A stretch of DNA of 64,000 nucleotides from a bacterium (GTDB taxonomy: Bacteria > Desulfobacterota > DSWW01): positions 1 through 64,000 of the forward strand of contig JBFLZG010000154.1 of the NCBI GenBank assembly GCA_040756235.1, written 5' to 3'. Below the pieces are notes generated by a model. That model did no database searches. It was not told the origin of the DNA and saw only the letters and a program-made list of their open reading frames with translations. This document shows positions 56,972 to 64,000 of this stretch, piece after piece. Both the position numbers and the translations under genes were made by a program. Every line of letters begins with the position of its first letter. Position 1 is the stretch's first letter.

Positions 56972-57056
56972 AGGGCGACGCGCGCGTCGCCCCAACAAGA
57001 GCTGGTGCGCGCCGGGGAACGGCCACGGGGAAGGGCGACCGTCGGTCGCCCCTACA
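56972..57056. repeat. Two GTAG-type REP palindromes
   Basis: agggcgacgcgcgcgtcgcccc and agggcgaccgtcggtcgcccctaca. Confidence 0.7.
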
Positions 57057-60263
<3,207 letters not shown>

Positions 60264-60651
60264 AGAGAGATCCCTTTCGAGGTCCTTTGCGTGACGTTAC
60301 GGCGGGGGGCTCGGGCCACGGGCAGGCGAGGTTTCTGATATTCAGATGCACTGATCGATCATCATGGAAATACAGACTCCCTTAACTAACCAAAAGCCGG
60401 CTCTCTGTCAAGGCGGGCCCCGGCCGGCGCACCCCGGCCGGAGGCGTGCGACAGCGGGACCCCGGGCGCCCCTCCCGACGCCTCGGGCGGGACTATAGGG
60501 TGCGGCGGCAGGTCTTTCCTTGTAAGGGCTTCGACTTGCCAATAGAATGAAGTCCCCGGAACGGGTGCAGCGGGTACAAGGTAGCAACCTCGTGGAAGCG
60601 GCTTCTGGATTTGTCGGAAAGAGGCCGCGCCCACGCAACAGGGAGGCAAGC

Positions 60652-61428
60652 ATGGGCGGGAAGGCGCGTACGATCGGAATCATGCCATGCCTGGACATGA
60701 AAGACGGGCGGGTGGTCAAGGGCGTCCACTTCGTGAGCTTGAGGGAGGCCGGCGATCCGGTGGAGAACGCGCGGTTCTACCAGCAGGAGGGGGCGGACGA
60801 GCTGGCCATGCTCGATATCGCCGCGACCGTGGAGAACCGCAAGACGCGTCTGGCCTGGGTGCGGGACGTGTCGGCGGCGATCCGCATCCCTCTGACGGTC
60901 GGAGGAGGGATCGGCAGCCTCGAGGACATCGAGCAGGTCCTGGCGGCGGGTGCGAACAAGGTGTCCATGAACAGCGCCGCGGTGAAGAACCCGGAGCTCG
61001 TCCGGGAGGCGGCCAGGGCGTTCGGGTCACAGACGATCACGGTGGCCATCGACGCCAGACGCAACCCGACCCTGCCGAGCGGGTTCGAGCTGGTCGTGGC
61101 CGGGGGCACGAAGCCGGTCGGAAAGGACGCGGCGGAATGGGCCAAGCAATGCCAGGCACTGGGCGCCGGCGTGATCCTGCCGACCAGCATGGACGGCGAC
61201 GGCACTCAGGCAGGGTACGACCTGGAGTTCACGAAAGCCATCTCGGACGCCGTCGACCTACCGGTCGTGGCCTCAGGGGGCGCAGGCAAGCTCGAGGATT
61301 TCTACGATGCGGTGGTCAAGGGCGGAGCCAGTGTGGTTCTCGCAGCATCTGTCTTTCACTTCAGGATAGTTAGCATAGGTGAAGTGAAGCGATACTTGAA
61401 GTCCAATGGGCTCCAGGTGAACCTCTAG
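60652..61428 (+). CDS. hisF: Imidazole glycerol phosphate synthase cyclase subunit
   Basis: PCLDMKDGRVVKG, GADEL, VAIDAR, DGTQAGYD, ASGGAG, AASVFH. Confidence 0.95.
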   Translation: MGGKARTIGIMPCLDMKDGRVVKGVHFVSLREAGDPVENARFYQQEGADELAMLDIAATVENRKTRLAWVRDVSAAIRIPLTVGGGIGSLEDIEQVLAAGANKVSMNSAAVKNPELVREAARAFGSQTITVAIDARRNPTLPSGFELVVAGGTKPVGKDAAEWAKQCQALGAGVILPTSMDGDGTQAGYDLEFTKAISDAVDLPVVASGGAGKLEDFYDAVVKGGASVVLAASVFHFRIVSIGEVKRYLKSNGLQVNL

Positions 61429-61705
61429 CGGCCCGTGACAAAGTCGCGAATGCGTGGCCCGTTCAACAAGGTCTGAAGCCGCAGGCGGCGGGCAAGGCTT
61501 TCGAGGATCTTTCGCGGGAAGGGCACGGCCGCCTTCGACCCCATGAAGGAAGTCCTGCGCTTGCTCGACGGGCCCCGGAGTCTTTCGACTCCCTCCTGAA
61601 GCAGGTTGGCGGACACCATTGCGGCTTTGTTCGCCCTACCGGTTCACGCCACCTCATGCGGGCCGCTGAAGAGCTCAGATCCGTTCCAGACTGCTCTCCG
61701 GACGG

Positions 61706-62680
61706 TCAAGGCGGGGCGGACCTGCGCGTCCCGGTGAAGGGCAGCGAGAGGCTCACGACCTTTCCCTTGCCGGGCTGCCCCTGCGGGCCCTTGCAGGCGA
61801 GGGTCAGGATGAGATTGACGCCCCCTTGGATCTGCGCGCTCTGGCCGGCCGGCTGCATCTTCCCGGTGATGTTCTTGCTGTACAGGAAGAAACAGGTGCC
61901 GACCGGTTTGAAGCTTCCCTCCAGGTGAACGAGAAACTCCTTCTGGTCCGCGTTGTAGAATCCCTTCTGCACCGGCCCTTGCGGGGCCTTCGGGTCCGTC
62001 AGCAAGACCTGCGCCCCCTTCATCTCGATCCGCACCTCATCGGGCAAGGCTTCCAGGTGCTCGGGCGCGTTCTCGGGGAGGGCCACGCTTTCGCCTCTTT
62101 CGTTGCGGATCTTCTCATTGCGGAGCTGGTCCAGGGAGAGGACCTTTTTCTCTTTGCCGGAGGTCAGGACGACCTGGTCCGTGGCGAAAGAGATCGCGTA
62201 GAGACCGCTTGCCTCCGCGGCCGCCGCTTTCCGGACCTGCGTCTTCACGGTCAGGGACCCTTGGTTGGCCGCAAAAGCGCTCAACCTCGACTGCGTGTTG
62301 GCCGTGAAGAACAGCTGCCCGGACTGCTCGAAGGTGATCTCTGCCTTGGAACCTACGAGGTGACGTTTGCCCGAAACCACGGCCAGAAGCGCTCCCACCG
62401 GAGCGCCGGGAAGCTCATAACCCTGCGGGGCGGACGTGCCGGCTTCTCCGTCCGCGCTGACGAGGACCTTCTCCTGGGGTTTGACCGTCCACTGGCCCTC
62501 CGCCTGGAATGCGACCGTGTCCCCTGCCTGGACGAACAGCTTCGCGTCGTTCAGCGGCTGGTTGGCCTTGACCACAACGGATCCCTGAGCGCCTTCGGCC
62601 GCTTCGGCTGCTACGGAGAGAGTCGAACCGAGCAGCAGGATCGCCGCCGACAGCAACAGGCTCTTACCTTTCCGGCCCAT
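61706..62680 (-). CDS. Secreted hypothetical protein with LecA/PA-IL-like N-terminal domain
   Basis: Signal peptide; VQAGDTVAFQAEGQW...SADG...PVGALLAVV...GQLFFTAN. Confidence 0.65.
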   Translation of the reverse strand: MGRKGKSLLLSAAILLLGSTLSVAAEAAEGAQGSVVVKANQPLNDAKLFVQAGDTVAFQAEGQWTVKPQEKVLVSADGEAGTSAPQGYELPGAPVGALLAVVSGKRHLVGSKAEITFEQSGQLFFTANTQSRLSAFAANQGSLTVKTQVRKAAAAEASGLYAISFATDQVVLTSGKEKKVLSLDQLRNEKIRNERGESVALPENAPEHLEALPDEVRIEMKGAQVLLTDPKAPQGPVQKGFYNADQKEFLVHLEGSFKPVGTCFFLYSKNITGKMQPAGQSAQIQGGVNLILTLACKGPQGQPGKGKVVSLSLPFTGTRRSAPP

Positions 62681-62809
62681 GAGCGACTCCTTCGTTTTCG
62701 TTTTCCTTCTCGCACGCCATGCTCACCCATATCGCACAGGTCAACGGTTTCATGCAAACTCGCTTCCGGGACCGGAACGCGTTCGGGACAGAACACAAGG
62801 GCACTTGGT

Positions 62810-62839
62810 TTGACAACCCATCAGCACCGATCGGATAAT
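62810..62839 (+). promoter_or_regulatory. Probable sigma70 promoter
   Basis: TTGACA-N18-GATAAT upstream of ATG 62885. Confidence 0.45.
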
Positions 62840-62884
62840 TTTCGTCCGTGCCGTTCGGCAACGGGAGAGGATGCCGTGGCGGGG

Positions 62885-64000
62885 ATGACGCGCAGACAGT
62901 TCGTGCGATTGCAGCTCTATGGCAGCGCCTGGGTGGCCCTGGACGGGATGCTGGGCCTGGCCTGCAGCCGCAACGCGCACCGCGAACCGGGCACCCGCGT
63001 GATCGTCCTCGGCCTGGACGGCATGGACCCGGGGATCGTGGGCCGCATGATGCGCGAGGGCAAGCTTCCGACCTTCGCCAAGCTGGCACGCGTGGGGACC
63101 TTCAGCAAACTCGGGACGAGCACGCCTCCGCAGAGCCCGGTGGCCTGGTCGAACTTCATCGCCGGCACCAACCCGGGCGGACACGGCATCTTCGATTTCA
63201 TCCACCGGGATCCTGCGACCTATCTTCCTTACCTTTCCACGTCGAGAACGGAACCTTCACAACGATCTCTCAAGCTCGGTGACTACATCGTTCCCCTCGC
63301 GCGCGACAGGATCCGCGATCTCAGGCGGGGCAGGGCCTTCTGGGACGTGCTGCAAGAGCACGAGATACCGGCTACGGTCCTGAAGATCCCGTCGAACTTC
63401 CCTCCGACGGCCACCCGCCAGAGGACCCTCTCGGGGATGGGCACTCCTGATCTCCTGGGGTCGTACGGGATCTTCTCCTATTTCAGCGATCAGCCGTTCG
63501 AGCTCGACCCGGAGATCGGAGGAGGTCGGGTCCAGGAAGTTGCCATCGAGGGACAGACGGTGCGTGCGTCCCTGGTCGGGCCCAGAAACCCCTTCCGCAA
63601 GGAGCGGCCGAGCTCCCGCGTCGATTTCACCGTTTTCGTGGATCCCGGCTATCCGGTTGCCAAGATCGAGCTCCAGGGGCGCGAGATTCTGCTCAACCAG
63701 GGAGAATGGAGCCCCTGGGTGCGCTTGAGCTTCCACATGATGCCGGGGGTGCGGCTCAGCGGGATCTGCCAGTTCTACCTCAAGCAAGTCCATCCTCATT
63801 TCAAGCTCTACGTGTCCCCGATTCATATCGACCCGGCCGACCCGACCCTGCCCATCAGCACCCCGGGGGACTACGCGCAGGAGCTCTCGAGGCGGCTGGG
63901 ACCGTTCCACACGAAGGGGCTTCCCGCGGATACCAAGGCGCTGGATCACGGCGTGCTGGACGAAGGGGAGTTTCTCGCCTCCGACGAGGCCATTCTCCAG
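62885..64000 (+). CDS. Alkaline-phosphatase-superfamily nucleotide pyrophosphatase/phosphodiesterase, Tat-exported (partial, runs off window)
   Basis: MTRRQFV twin-Arg, VIVLGLDGMD, PPQSPVAWS, NPGGHGIFDF; absent from the ORF track because no stop lies in the window. Confidence 0.88.
   Translation, partial: MTRRQFVRLQLYGSAWVALDGMLGLACSRNAHREPGTRVIVLGLDGMDPGIVGRMMREGKLPTFAKLARVGTFSKLGTSTPPQSPVAWSNFIAGTNPGGHGIFDFIHRDPATYLPYLSTSRTEPSQRSLKLGDYIVPLARDRIRDLRRGRAFWDVLQEHEIPATVLKIPSNFPPTATRQRTLSGMGTPDLLGSYGIFSYFSDQPFELDPEIGGGRVQEVAIEGQTVRASLVGPRNPFRKERPSSRVDFTVFVDPGYPVAKIELQGREILLNQGEWSPWVRLSFHMMPGVRLSGICQFYLKQVHPHFKLYVSPIHIDPADPTLPISTPGDYAQELSRRLGPFHTKGLPADTKALDHGVLDEGEFLASDEAILQ

Noticed and set aside
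61430..61700. Short ORFs between hisF and the LecA-like gene
   Set aside because: No motif or coding signal I can support.

Overview
GC-rich bacterial chromosomal segment. Gene content suggests a Deltaproteobacteria/Desulfobacterota-like anaerobe; this is inferred, not proven. It holds about 50 protein genes, one tRNA-Ser(TGA), no CRISPR array and no intact transposase. Recognisable blocks: a thiolase/DUF35 operon ending in an 856-aa orphan; a pentose-phosphate operon (tkt, rpiB, tal-pgi fusion, gnd, pgl, no zwf); three MscS channels plus a fused trehalose-6-P synthase/phosphatase; a MarR-controlled divergent locus (DUF523/TudS-like, DHODH/PreA-like, amidohydrolase on one arm; flavoprotein, Fe-S protein, SDR on the other); a corrinoid protein coupled to an acetylene-hydratase-like Mo/W enzyme; an ABC-2 exporter; guaA subunit B, acuC, carB and hisF. 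Intergenic space carries at least two MITE families, REP palindromes and several gene remnants. Best leads: (1) the orphan appears to be a catalytically degenerate GlpX (class II FBPase) fold fused to TPR-like repeats, a possible sugar-phosphate sensor; (2) three glutamine-amidotransferase synthase subunits (GuaA-B, CarB, HisF) lie within about 11 kb, all without their glutaminase partners; (3) the MarR regulon may encode an undescribed thio-heterocycle catabolic pathway; (4) the B12-protein/Mo-enzyme pair has no adjacent methyltransferase. All family calls are by eye from recalled motifs; no database searches were run.
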